A DNA stretch of 64,000 bases, taken from NCBI GenBank assembly GCA_002269645.1, contig NIVC01000936.1, positions 157,530 to 221,529 of the forward strand. Reading direction: 5' to 3'. A model generated the notes under the pieces. It was not told the origin of the DNA. It ran no database searches and worked only from the letters and a program-made list of their open reading frames with translations. Origin of the DNA: Macrostomum lignano (Eukaryota). Below, piece after piece: positions 51,201 through 64,000 of this stretch (position 1 is the first letter of the stretch; each line of letters starts with the position of its first letter). The position numbers and the translations under genes were made by a program.

Positions 51201-54200
51201 GAACAGGCTGGATAGAGTGATAGAACAGTATGGATAGAGTGATAGAACAGCCTGGATAGAGTAATGCCGGCACAGGCAGTGTCGAATTCGTGTTACCTCT
51301 CTGGCGAACTCGGCGATGTCCTGCTCAAAGCTCTGGCTGCTGCACACGTCACCGCCTGGCACGCTGGCCGCCCCGATCTCGCGCGGTGCACTGGTGGCCA
51401 GCTCGCACTTCTCGAAGATCAGACACAGCAGCGGGAACATCGGGTGTCTGCAATAAAAGCAAGTGTTAATTAAATTCTTGATGGAAACAGAGAGCCCAGA
51501 CGAAGACCACAATGTGTGCAAGAAGCGTGACAGCCTCTTCCCCATCAACGCGCCATCATTTCTTTCAGTCGGGTATGCTTTGAAACTGCAATTGCGGCAC
51601 CAGCAACAGGCGGGGAAGTTGTCCGTCTGCCGCTGCCCTCCCCGCCTCCGCCGCCTCTCCCCTCTCTCACCAGAACCCCTGCAGTTATTTACTAAACGTG
51701 CCGACAGAAGTTTGGTTAAGTGCCGCTCTTTCGGGGCTCCTCTCACCAATACACAGAGAGAGGGGGGATTAAGGTCACGATTCGTTATCCCATACGCGAA
51801 AGAGAATTGCGGCTTGCGAATCTCTGATGCCGACATAGCACAGTAGTTCTATCTGCTGCTCTATCCACTCTCCATCCGTGATCCTGCCGCCACTAGCACC
51901 CTGCACAGAGCCTCTTACTGTTTTTTCCTAGCATATTCTTATTTCCATTTTTAAAATTCATTTCATAACTTGCCCCATTCTATCCCTGCACATCTCTATC
52001 TCTCTCCCTGTCCATCTCTATCTCTCTCCCTGTCCATCTCTATCTCTCTCCCTGCCCATCTCACTCCCTGTCCATCTCTATCTCACTCCCTGCCCATCTC
52101 TATCTCTCTCCCTGCCCATCTCTATCTCTCTCCCTGTCCATCTCTATCTCTCTCCCTGCCCATCTCTATCTCTCTCCCTGCCCATCTCTATCTCACTCCC
52201 TGCCCATCTCTATCTCTCTCCCTGCCCCTCTCTATCTCTCTCCCTGCCCATCTCTATCTCACTCCCTGCCCATCTCTATCTCTCTCCCTGCCCCTCTCTA
52301 TCTCTCTCCCTGCCCATCTCTATCTCACTCCCTGCCCATCTCTATCTCTCTCCCTGCCCATCTCTATCTCTCTCCCTGTCCGTCTCTATCTCTCTCCCTG
52401 CCCATCTCTATCTCTCTCCCTGCCCATCTCTATCTCTCTCCCTGCCCATCTCTATCTCTCTCCCTGCCCATCTCTATCTCTCTCCCTGCCCATCTCTATC
52501 TCTCTCCCTGCCCATCTCTATCTCTCTCCCTGCCCATCTCTATCTCACTCCCTGCCCATCTCTATCTCTCTCCCTGCCCATCTCTATCTCTCTCCCTGCT
52601 CATCTCTATCTCTCTCCCTGTCCATCTCTATCTCTCTCCCTGCCCATCTCTATCTCTCTCCCTGCCCATCTCTATCTCTCCCTGCCCATCTCTATCTCAC
52701 TCCCTGCCCATCTCTATCTCTCTCCCTGCCCATCTCTATCTCTCTCCCTGCCCATCTCTATCTCTCTCCCTGTCCATCTCTATCTCTCTCCCTGCCCATC
52801 TCTATCTCTCCCTGTCCATCTCTATCTCACTCCCTGCCCATCTCTATCTCTCTCCCTGTCCATCTCTATCTCTCCCTGTCTCTTCTGTCTTTGTCCCTAT
52901 TCACAGCCTGCAATATCCTTTCTCCATAGCTCTTAACCTTTCCATATTCGCTCCTGCCTTCCCATGCCATGTCAATAAAATAGCCACTTATGACTGTCAT
53001 CTGCAGACGCCTAGTGCATTATATTTATACATTGCAGCATCATCAAAGGCATTCCGACTAGGTCATAAATCACGCTATAGGCGCGCACATCAGTTGTTGA
53101 AACAGTTTAAATATCGTGGCGAAGTGACTGCTCGCGGCCCTGCAATCTCAGGGAAGTGGGTCAAGAAGCCGTTCCCAATATTATTTGAATTTATTCCCAA
53201 CCCGATGGGCTCTGGGAATGAAAAGTCAGCAGCTCAGCTCCATCTATATCTGGCCAACCCTGCAGGTCTGTTTGCCCGCGAGCTTATCGCTATCTGCTTC
53301 CATATATGTATGTGTATATATACTTGTGTGTGTGCAGGAGACGGTGAACTTGCGCTCACCGCGGGCACCCTACCGCTTTATCAGTAGTATACAATACAAG
53401 AGATTGCGGACCCCATCTGCCTGCTCAGGTTGCATGTGGCAGCCAGCCATGAAACGGCGGTTTTCTTAATCCTGGGATCAACGGGGGGCGGCCTCTGATA
53501 AACCGGAGGGGTCAAAGATTCACGGTCCCTTGATATATAGTGATATGGCTCTGTCACGTCTGAGTAACTGTCACTGGAAAACCTGCCTTTTTTGCCTGTC
53601 ACACCAATGCAACTGTCACTGCAGGAAAGCCGGTCTCTCTGTCTCTCTCACCTGTCTGTCACACCAATGCAACTGTCACTGCAGGAAAGCCGGTCTCTCT
53701 CTCACCTGTCTGTCACACCAATGCAACTGTCACTGCAGGAAAGCCGGTCTCTCTCTCACCTGTCTGTCACACCAATGCAACTGTCACTGCAGGAAAGCCG
53801 GTCTCTCTCTCACCTGTCTGTCACACCAATGCAACTGTCACTGCAGGAATACCGGTCTCTCTCTCACCTGTCTGTCACACCAATGCAACTGTCACTGCAG
53901 GAAAGCCGGTCTCTCTCTCACCTGTCTGTCACACCAATGCAACTGTCACTGCAGGAAAGCCGGTCTCTCTCTTTTAACTGCCTGTCACACCAATGCAACT
54001 ACCAGTGCAAGCCGGTCACTATCCCCGGTGGTACACCTGTTCTATATACTGTATACCTGTGCACTCACTTGAACATCTGGTCTCGGCCTTTGTTCAACTC
54101 GTCCTGCCCTCCCGGATGGTGCGGGCTGCCTCCAGCGCTGCAGCTGTTGGCGCTGTTGTTGAAGTGCCCGACTCCGACGCTTGATGCCGATGTTGACGCC

Positions 54201-55279
54201 GCTGCAGCCGCTGCCGCTGCCGCTGCCATAGCGGCGGCCGCCGCTTGAACTACGGAGTTGGAGCCCACCGAGGCAGCGTCTCCTGCCGAGTTCGGGGTGC
54301 AGGATGAGGCCGAGTTGCTGGCAGCTGCTGCCGCGTAAGCGCCAGCGCTATTGAAGTCCTCAACTCCATCAGAAGCCAAGGATAACTGCGGTGGGTGGTG
54401 AGGATTGCAGAGAATGGGCTTTTGCGGATGAGGAATGGGAGGCTGAGGAGGACCGTGGAGACATGAGATGGAAAGAGGAGACTAGATAGAATGAGACTAG
54501 ATAGAATGAGACTAGATAGAATGAGACTAGATAGAATGAGACTATAGAAAGAAGGAGACTAGATAGAATGAGACTAGATAGAATGAGACTATAGATAGAA
54601 TGAGACTATAGATAGAATGAGACTAGATAAAATGGAGACTAGATAGAATGAGACTAGATAGAATGAGACTAGATAGAATGAGACTAGATAGAATGAGACT
54701 TGATAGAATGAGACTATAGATAGAATGAGACTATAGATAGAATGAGACTATAGATAGAATGAGACTAGATAAAATGGAGACTAGATAGAATGAGACTAGA
54801 TAGAATGAGACTAGATAGAATGAGACTAGATAGAATGAGACTAGATAGAATGAGACTAGATAGAATGAGACTAGATAGAATGAGACTAGATAGAATGAGA
54901 CTAGATAGAATGAGACTAGATAGAATGAGACTAGATAGAATGAGACTAGATAGAATGAGACTAGATAGAATGAGACTAGATAGAATGAGACTAGATAAAA
55001 TGGAGACTAGATAGAATGAGACTAGATAGAATGAGACTAGAAAGAATGAGACTAGATAGAATGAGACTAGATCGAATGAGACTATTCAATGTCATCAGAG
55101 AATCGATAATGAAAAAGATAAAGCACAAAATTTCCATATGAGCTGATAGATGAGTTTATAATTCTGGATGGAAGCATTAGTGCACCACAGAGCAATCTCT
55201 AATGATGACATAACCCTACAAATTTGAGACTGTCACTGGCTAAACAGCTCACCATATGCTGCTGCGACTGAGAAGTCAT
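36925..55279 (-). CDS. meis: Meis/homothorax TALE-class homeobox transcription factor, 12 coding exons, ~651 aa
   Basis: Exons 55279-55253, 54385-54069, 51447-51297, 47718-47665, 46770-46720, 45492-45160, 42976-42718, 40816-40668, 40590-40514, 40435-40377, 37752-37672, 37322-36925; all GT-AG and phase-consistent. MEIS domain [18 protein letters not shown]...[38 protein letters not shown]; homeodomain [61 protein letters not shown]. The first exon is the least certain. Confidence 0.95.
37350..38100. repeat. Two (GGGATCTGGGATTT)/(GGGATTCGGGAAT)-type 7-bp arrays (37350-37585, 37890-38100) flanking Meis exon 37752-37672
   Basis: Direct reading. Confidence 0.93.
38665..38945. repeat. 9-bp array (GGAGCGGAG)n
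   Basis: Direct reading. Confidence 0.96.
39660..40245. repeat. (GGGATCTGGGATTT)n array
   Basis: Direct reading. Confidence 0.95.
40377..40816 (-). CDS. meis: Meis TALE homeodomain exons (three exons)
   Basis: HPYP three-residue loop extension and WFINARRR motif across exons 40816-40668, 40590-40514 and 40435-40377. Confidence 0.97.
40880..41412. repeat. 9-bp array (GGAGCGGAG)n, second copy
   Basis: Direct reading. Confidence 0.96.
42485..43280. repeat. Two (GACTGACCCAT)n arrays (42485-42720, 43035-43280) flanking Meis exon 42976-42718
   Basis: Direct reading. Confidence 0.92.
44725..44742 (-). promoter_or_regulatory. Candidate Meis + Pbx/Hox composite site TGACAG-TT-TGATTAATGG in a Meis intron
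   Basis: Exact match to the TGACAG and TGATNNAT consensus cores; function is inferred only. Confidence 0.4.
45604..45993. repeat. ~22-bp array (AATGTCAGACAGMGCC...)n
   Basis: Direct reading. Confidence 0.92.
46840..47655. repeat. 8/9-bp array (GTGTCAGGA/GG)n
   Basis: Direct reading. Confidence 0.95.
48405..48900. repeat. Related array (GATGTGTCAGGGCGTGTCAT)n
   Basis: Direct reading. Confidence 0.92.
50345..51262. repeat. 22-bp array (GATAGAGTGATAGAACAGCCTG)n
   Basis: Direct reading. Confidence 0.96.
51975..52880. repeat. 22-bp array (CCCATCTCTATCTCTCTCCCTG)n
   Basis: Direct reading. Confidence 0.96.
53590..53995. repeat. 54-bp tandem repeat, ~7 copies
   Basis: CTGTCACACCAATGCAACTGTCACTGCAGGAAAGCCGGTCTCTCTCTCACCTGT repeated. 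Confidence 0.96.
54478..55085. repeat. 15-bp array (ACTAGATAGAATGAG)n in Meis intron 1
   Basis: Direct reading. Confidence 0.96.
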
Positions 55280-56704
55280 AAGGAGTTCTCCTCTCTCTCT
55301 CTCTGTGCTTTGCAAAAGTTGGCGGCGGCCCCAGCCGATTCAGCTGTCCAATTAGCAGCTAATTGAAAGTGACAATTCTTAAATACAGAACAGAGTTGGG
55401 ACTGCAGGCTGGCTTGGTCAGCCTCGGGGCGATTCTCCTGTGTGCGATGCAGCTTCCTCAGACTCCGATGGTCTTGTTTGTGACGCGGTTCTCTCTGTGT
55501 CTGTCCGTCTCTTGGATTGTTTTATTAATCTTTAACAAGAAGCCGGTTGCGGTCTTCTGGCGGTGGGAACTGTCTCTTTGGCAAAAGTAAATTCAATCAG
55601 GAGAAGGTCGGGGAGCCTCAACTGTCAGTTTTAGCAAAGGCTTATTTGACGTTTTTAGAATGGCGCGGCTTGAAATCCGGGACAAGAGGAGGTGGGGGCT
55701 GCGGACCACCGGAGCCGCCTGCTGGCCAATGGCGGCTCGCCCTGGCGGATCCACGGCCAGGCCGCTATTCGCCAACCATCGGGTCTGGGAGGATATTATT
55801 GGGTTGCCTGGCTGTGGGGATTAGCCTAATATTCCGGGATGTTGAGGTCTAACAGCTCAGCTGCCTGTGAATCAATGCACATGCGTTTTGTAGTCAAGTC
55901 AGCGATGAAATCTATCGGATGCTTCATCATGACCCCGGGCAGTACAGTGATTTGGGAGGCTGTCTGACAGGAGAATCGCAGGGACATCGGGGGGGGGGTC
56001 CAGTGCTGAGGATGCGGAGCACTTCATCAGGCTCACTTACCTCACCTAGCCTAATATGTAATATGTGTTTTATGCCGTGTATACTTCTTGCCTCACAGTT
56101 TGGCCTTTTGTTATTCCAGTTTCAATTATTTTTCTGTTCAATGTTTTTTTGTGGATGAGTTCTCCTCCCTCCAACCCGCCTCAAAATCCTCATTCTGAGG
56201 ATGGCGACGGCGGCGGCGGCGCCAGGCAACAAAAAAGATTTTTTTTTAAATCAAAGCAACGCTTGAAGCAGATGAAAGCAGACAGCCTGATGTCATTTCG
56301 CTCGGGCTATAGGAAAAATGAGTCCAGGAAATTGCTTGGAAACAATTGAAGACAGACAAATTTTCCGCTTCCGGCCCTACAAAAGACAATTTCTTGCAGA
56401 GTCAAGCGGAGACAGGCAGAATCTGCAGCGCAAGATTTGCAAAGCACGCAAAGGCCCTGTCAGGCAAATCCAGCGGTTCCGGCCTTTGCCAGCAATGACA
56501 GACAGACCGGCACGCAGGCAGGCAGGCGGCTGCTTCAGTTGAAGCAAAACGAGACCTTGATGGCATCGACATCTTCTAGGGATTCGTTTTTTTGAAGACA
56601 GCAGCCTCATTGCAGTGAAGACGGATTTGATAAGATGGCATGAAATTAAAGTTGCGATGAGATTTTGCGCATTGAAATGAATGATCAATAGAAATTTATG
56701 AGTT

Positions 56705-58420
56705 CTAGTGGTTTCCCATACACAATGATTCCCTAGTGGTTTCCCATACACAATGATTCCCTAGTGGTTTCCCATACACAATGATTCCCCAGTGGTTTCC
56801 CATACACAATGGTTCCCTAGTGGTTTCCCATACACAATGATTCCCTAGTGGTTTCCTATACACAATGATTTCCTAGTGGTTTCCCATACACAATGATTCC
56901 CTAGTGGTTTCCCATACACAATGATTCCCTAGTGGTTTCCCATACACAATGATTCCCTAGTGGTTTCCCATACACAATGATTCCCTAGTGGTTTCCCATA
57001 CACAATGATTCCCTAGTGGTTTCCCATACACAATGATTCCCAGTGGTTTCCCATACACAATGATTCCCTAGTGGTTTCCCATACACAATGATTCCCTAGT
57101 GGTTTCCCATACACAATGATTCCCTAGTGGTTTCCCATACACAATGGTTCCCTAGTGGTTTCCCATACACAATGATTCCCTAGTGGTTTCCCATACACAA
57201 TGATTCCCCAGTGGTTTCCCATACACAATGATTCCCTAGTGGTTTCCCATACACAATGATTCCCTAGTGGTTTCCCATACACAATGATTCCCTAGTGGTT
57301 TCCCATACACAATGGTTCCAGTGGTTTCCCATACACAATGATTCCCTAGTGGTTTCCCATACACAATGATTCCCTAGTGGTTTCCCATACACAATGGTTC
57401 CAGTGGTTTCCCATACACAATGGTTCCCCAGTGGTTTCCCATACACAATGATTCCCTAGTGGTTTCCTATACACAATGATTCCCTAGTGGTTTCCCATAC
57501 ACAATGGTTTCAGTGGTTTCCCATACACAATGGTTCCCTAGTGGTTTCCCATACACAATGGTTCCCTAGTGGTTTCCCATACACAATGATTCCCCAGTGT
57601 TTTCCCATACACAATGATTCCCCAGTGTTTTCCCATACACAATGGTTCCCTAGTGGTTTCCTATACACAATGATTCCCTAGTGGTTTCCCATACACAATG
57701 ATTCCCTAGTGGTTTCCCATACACAATGGTTCCCTAGTGGTTTCCTATACACAATGATTCCCTAGTGGTTTCCCATACACAATGATTCCCTAGTGGTTTC
57801 CCATACACAATGATTCCCTAGTGGTTTCCCATACACAATGGTTCCAGTGGTTTCCCATACACAATGATTCCCTAGTGGTTTCCCATACACAATGATTCCC
57901 TAGTGGTTTCCCATACACAATGATTCCCTAGTGGTTTCCCATACACAATGGTTCCCTAGTGGTTTCCCATACACAATGGTTCCCTAGTGGTTTCCCATAC
58001 ACAATGGTTCCTTACCTTAGTCATTAGTGGTTTCCCATACACAATGGTTCCTTAGTCATTAGTGGTTTCCCATACACAATGGTTCCTTAGTCATTAGTGG
58101 TTTCCCATACACAATGGTTCCTTAGTCATTAGTGGTTTCCCATACACAATGGTTCCAGTGGTTTCCCATACACAATGGTTCCAGTGGTTTCCCATACACA
58201 ATGGTTCCCCAGTGGTTTCCCATACACAATGGTTCCCCAGTGGTTTCCCATACACAATGATTCCCTAGTGGTTTCCCATACACAATGGTTCCCCAGTGGT
58301 TTCCCATACAAAATGGTTCCCTATTGGTTTCCCATACACAATGGTTCCTTACCTTAGTCATTAGTGGTTTCCCATACACAATGGTTCCAGTGGTTTCCCA
58401 TACACAATGGTTGGTTTCCC
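56705..58420. repeat. 28-bp array (TAGTGGTTTCCCATACACAATGATTCCC)n
   Basis: Direct reading. Confidence 0.96.
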
Positions 58421-59107
58421 ATATAATGAATGGTTACTGTAGTTTAAATTCGTAGTTAAAGGGTTTAAATTCCTTTCCTGTTTCCATGGGGTTCCATACA
58501 ATACACTAGTTTACATGGGTTCCAGGTGGGCCAGGTGTTTGAGTCAAGGCCATCAAGGGTTGCACAACAACCCGACAGAGATACCAGGATGACAGGGATT
58601 TGTCAGCGTCTTTATTCATATTATTGTCTAGTATTAATATTTGGCATCTTCAATTTAAAAGTCAATTCAGCGGCTTCGCTTACTGACACGAACGTTGAAA
58701 TGTTTAACTAAACTGCATGCCTCTCACCTTGAGGAAGTGGGAATTCAAAGTCATTTATCCCCACCCTCAATACTATTGGAATCCCAAATCCCATCGCAGA
58801 GCGTCTCGTCACGGCCCGCTGCTCGTTTTGATCCCCGGCCTCGATTTCCCTCTCCGTTCGGCACAAAAATCCCAGCTCCCAAGTTTTGACGGCGCGCTCA
58901 GGTGAACTGGGTCGTAAAATTAAATTATGATAATTTGAGTGCTCAAGTCGCTCCGTTTGAGCTTTATGGCTCGGTGCGGATTTCGGATCACCGAGTCACC
59001 GTAATGGGGCGGAAAGATTGAAGAATTCTGATTGAAATCTGTTTGCAATAAGCTCTGGGTTTGCAGCCCGCTTTTAGGGGGTCTGCAGATGCGTTTCGAT
59101 GATATTC

Positions 59108-60090
<983 letters not shown>

Positions 60091-61304
60091 TCAATATGCT
60101 AGAACGCCGCCATCACAACTGCTCAAGAAGCCACTAAAATGTTCAGGAACCGCCGCCACCCAGCAGCAGGAGTCTCACAGCGCAGATTGAATCTTCTTCA
60201 ATCTTTGCTCAGGCAGACGCTCAAGGCCAGAGGGCTCTGCAAAGCTACGCCGCCGAGATGGCAGGGGCTTATCTCTGACAGAAATCGGAGCTTTCCGCGT
60301 TGTCCAAAGGGAGCGGCTCGTCTTTCCTAGCCCCGCCTGCCTGAAAGATCGGTGGCCGTCCTTGAGCTGTCTCACTGTTTCAATCGCATGTCAAACAAGA
60401 TAGTCTACATCATTCTTCCTGGTTATAATTTTACGTAATAAAGTTTTTCCTCGTTATCCTACTGGTTATCAGTAGTATTTTGCGAGTTGTCTTTTAAATT
60501 TGAATCCATGTCGCCTAGAATTCGATGCGTCAAAAGGTTTCTAACACGTTTTTCTTGGAGCGACCTGTCCGCGTACGCTTGTACATGTCTGATGATGAGA
60601 TGTCTGCATTGTACACCCTGTATGAGTGCGTGCCTTCGTACAGTATTGGCGTGCTTGAATGTGCTCAGGACTGCTTGCTTCCTGAAAAACGTAGGTAGGC
60701 CCTTCTATCCACTACATACTCGCAGATACTTCCACACGCGCGAATTTCCCTGTTAAATTATGTTATACTCGTATCAACGAAAAGAATGTTTAGCTACTGA
60801 AAGTAGTTAATAGCGTAATTGTTTGCATTTCTCTAGCAATGGACGCTCTAAAAATTTGCAATTTTTTTATTAATCTAAAATTGTTTTGCATTTTGTACTT
60901 ATTCGTATATTTACTGGAGAACGAAGCTTAGGCAGACAGTAATATAAGGCTGCTCTCGAGAGCGGAGGACGGGTGCTTGGGGTTGGTAAGAAATAATTGC
61001 TGCATTAGCAAGCAAAAAATGAATTAAAAGCAGAACTGACAACCCTTCTCAACACGTCTGGAATTCCTCTATACTACTCTGTCATTATGCAGCTCAACAG
61101 GCAATTGCTGTCGCGAGTGAGCAGGCTCGTGGGCGTGGCACACCTAGCTGCAAGTGTCTCTCTCTGCTCATGGATGAATCAAAGTGAACTCAAAAAAACA
61201 GGAACTTGAAGCGATTTGAGTAGCCGACATCAGCATGTAGAATGAATGTTTCTGTTAATTTAAAATTGCACTAACAAAACTACAACTAACATAATGAATG
61301 CAGT

Positions 61305-63216
61305 TCACTCCATTGGGGTTCTCCAGAGCAGGTACACGGCCTCCTGGTACTTGAATATGAAACAGAAGCCGGGCTCGTGCGATACGAGGTTCCAGTACTG
61401 ACCGCGGACGATCACCACGTGGAACAGTCTGCCAAACTGGTCGTCCAGCAGCTGCCTTCACTTCTGGGCAGCTGCTTCGGCTGCGGCGATTCTTCCAGAC
61501 TCTCCTTGACGATGAAGAACGCTTCTGCCTGCCTGTCGGGCGGCATGTCGTTGTAAATCACCTGCACACTGCTGGGCAGGCTGCGCTCTGGACCGCGAAT
61601 ACGCTCTTGGAGCGGTAAGCCCGCCTGCAGGCAGTTTAGGGATTGCTAATCTAGCCAACACCGATGCTGGATTAGAGTGGATTGCTAATCTAGCCAACAC
61701 CGATGCTGGATAAGAGTGGATTGCTAATCTAGCCAACACCGATGCTGGATAAGAGTGGATTGCTAATCTAGCCAACACCGATGCTGGATAAGAGTGGATT
61801 GCTAATCTAGCCAACACCGATGCTGGATAAGAGTGGATTGCTAATCTAGCCAACACCGATGCTGGATAAGAGTGGATTGCTAATCTAGCCAACACCGATG
61901 CTGGATGAAGTGGATTGCTAATCTAGCCAACACCGATGCTGGATAAGAGTGGATTGCTAATCTAGCCAACACCGATCTGGATAAGAGTGGATTGCTAATC
62001 TAGCCAACACCGATGCTGGATAAGAGTGGATTGCTAATCTAGCCAACACCGATACTGGATTAGAGTGGATTGCTAATCTAGCCAACGCATACTGGATAAG
62101 AGTGGATTGCCTAATCTAGCCAACACCGATACTGGATAAGAGTGGATTGCTAATCTAGCCAACACCGATGCTGGATAAGAGTGGTTGCTAATCTAGCCTA
62201 CATGGACATGAGGAAATAGAATGGATTGCTAATCTAGCCAACATGAATATGGGTGAATAGAATGGATTGCTAATCTAGCCAACATGGATATGGTGATAGA
62301 ATGGATTGCTAATCTAGCCTACATGGATATGGGTGAATAGAATGGATTGCTAATCTAGCCTACATGGATATGGGTGAATAGAATGGATTGCTAATCTAGC
62401 CTACATGGATATGGGTGAATAGATGGATTGCTAATCTAGCCTACATGGATATAGGGGAATAGAATGGATTGCTAATCTAGCCTACATGGATATAGGGGGA
62501 ATAGAATGGATTGCTAATCTAGCCTACATGGATATGAGGGAATAGAATGGATTGCTAATCTAGCCTACATGGATATGAGGGAATAGAATGGATTGCTAAT
62601 CTAGCCTACATGGATATGGGTGAATGAGGATTGCTAATCTAGCCTACATGGATATGGGTGAATAGAATGGATTGCTAATCTAGCCTACATGAATATGGGT
62701 GAATATAGAATGGGCTGCTAATCTAGCCTACATGGATATGATGAATAGAATGGATTGCTAATCTAGCCTACAGGGACATGAGGGAATAGAGTGGATTGCT
62801 AATCTAGCCTACAGGGACATGAGGGAATAGAGTGGATTGCTAATCTAGCCTACATGGATATGAGGGAATAGAATGGATTGCTAATCTAATTCATGCATTA
62901 TGATGCAGCTCTGCCAGACCACGGCTTTAGAGTAATAAATCATCTCGCGCTATTTCCATAGCCGTTATTTGAAATTCAATTTCTTCTCTAACTAGTCGAA
63001 TCACCGAACCTTCAAGACTAAAGGCTCCGAGGAAAGGGAGATGGCGAAGAAATTGATAAAAAATTCCTGCACCAGCGAAGGCAATTTATAAATTCAGTGA
63101 GGAAATTGGGAGAGTCGCCAGGACTCACGCTTTCTTAGTTATCAGCCGAGCACATCGCAGTAGTTCTCCAGAGTGATTCGGCCCAAGTGTTGCTGGTCGA
63201 AGATGGCCAGCCACTT
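61305..63216 (-). CDS. Tegument-allergen-like (TAL) protein: EF-hand + dynein light chain (LC8-like) domain; last two exons, apparent single-base frameshifts; 5' exon(s) not seen
   Basis: Exon 63216-63129 encodes KWLAIFDQQHLGRITLENYCDVLG (EF-hand-like); exon 61624-61305 encodes SLPSSVQVIYNDMPPDRQAEAFFIVKESLEE...LLDDQFGRLFHVVIVRGQYWNLVSHEPGFCFIFKYQEAVYLLWRTPME*; GT-AG intron 63128-61625. Indels may be sequencing errors. Confidence 0.8.
61640..62890. repeat. 39-bp array grading into a ~41-bp variant, core GGATTGCTAATCTAGCC, filling the TAL intron
   Basis: Direct reading. Confidence 0.95.
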
Positions 63217-63309
63217 CTGAAATGGCGGTTTAAATAGGACTGAGCTTGAGAAGTTTAACAGGAACTGAGGACTTGCATTCACAGATTGAGTCAGATGGTT
63301 TCCTGTGTT

Positions 63310-63935
63310 TTTATGATCCATGACCCCTGCTTATCTGACTCTGCCTGTGTTTTATGACCATGACTTCACTGGCTTATCTGACTGCTGTGTGTTTTATGAC
63401 CCATGACCCCCTGGCTTATCTGACTCTGTCTGTGTTTTATGACCATGACACCCTGGCTTATCTGACTCTGCCTGTGTTTTATGACCCATGACCCCCTGGC
63501 TTAACTGACTCTGCCTGTGTTCTATGACCCATGACCCGCTGGCTTATCTGACTCTGCCTGTGTTTTATGACCCATGACCCCCTGGCTTATCTGACTCTGT
63601 CTGTGTTTTATGACCCATGACCCCTGGGCTTATCTGACTCTGCCTGTGTTTTATGACCCATGACCCCTGGCTTATCTGACTCTGTCTGTGTTTATGACCC
63701 ATGACCCCCTGGCTTATCTGACTCTGCCTGTGTTTTTATGACCCATGACCCCTGGCTTATCTGACTCTGCCTGTGTTTTATGACCCACTGGCTTATCTGA
63801 CTCTGCCTGTGTTTTATGACCCATGGCTTATCTGACTCTGGCCTGTGTTTTAATGACCCACTGGCTTATCCGACTCTGCCTGTGTTTTATGACCACTGGC
63901 TTATCTGACTCTGCCTGTGTTTTATGACCCACAGG
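63310..63935. repeat. ~43-bp array (CTGGCTTATCTGACTCTGCCTGTGTTTTATGACCCATGACCCC)n
   Basis: Direct reading. Confidence 0.93.
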
Positions 63936-64000
63936 CTGACTCTCGAATATCTATGTAAATATGAGCAGTTCCAATCAACCATGAATGTTTATTCAGAGTC

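Noticed and set aside
53530-54072. Cys/His-rich metallothionein-like ORF ([14 protein letters not shown])n; similarly (CQECQG)n at 46825-47445
   Set aside because: Antisense to Meis inside introns and fully explained by stop-free tandem repeats; no independent gene signals.
56705-58420. 28-bp repeat array as a possible CRISPR (also the 39-43 bp arrays at 61.6-63.9 kb)
   Set aside because: Head-to-tail units without unique spacers, no cas genes, eukaryotic context.
60140-60280. Possible + strand terminal exon (EPPPPSSRSLTAQIESSSIFAQADAQGQRALQSYAAEMAGAYL*)
   Set aside because: Acceptor and coding-like composition are plausible, but no upstream exon or homology could be identified.

Overview
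Eukaryotic (animal) genomic DNA, inferred to be flatworm from a TAL-type EF-hand/dynein-light-chain gene; GC-rich exons and introns filled with minisatellites are reminiscent of Macrostomum (inference only). Hand-spliced gene models: a small mitochondrial-type protein (198-467, +), a possible 69-aa orphan (1946-2227, +), a 6-exon ~1458-aa ankyrin-repeat protein (3075-11987, +), a 3-exon unknown/BEN-like protein (16964-14001, -), a 12-exon Meis/homothorax TALE homeobox gene (55279-36925, -) and the 3' exons of a tegument-allergen-like (TAL) gene (63216-61305, -). Mobile DNA: a ~6 kb LOA-like non-LTR retrotransposon (ORF1, APE, RT, RNase H) between two (GATA)n arrays that carries an inverted piece of a different family member between 54-bp direct repeats, a degenerate LINE 3' fragment, two tRNA-derived SINE copies with a CORE/Meta-like domain, and a TIR-bounded non-autonomous element. 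About 30 tandem arrays are present; most long ORFs in the track are translations of them. Most notable: the chimeric retrotransposon, the TAL gene, and Meis-intron minisatellites that bracket exons, copy a splice donor or are built from the TGACA Meis-binding core.
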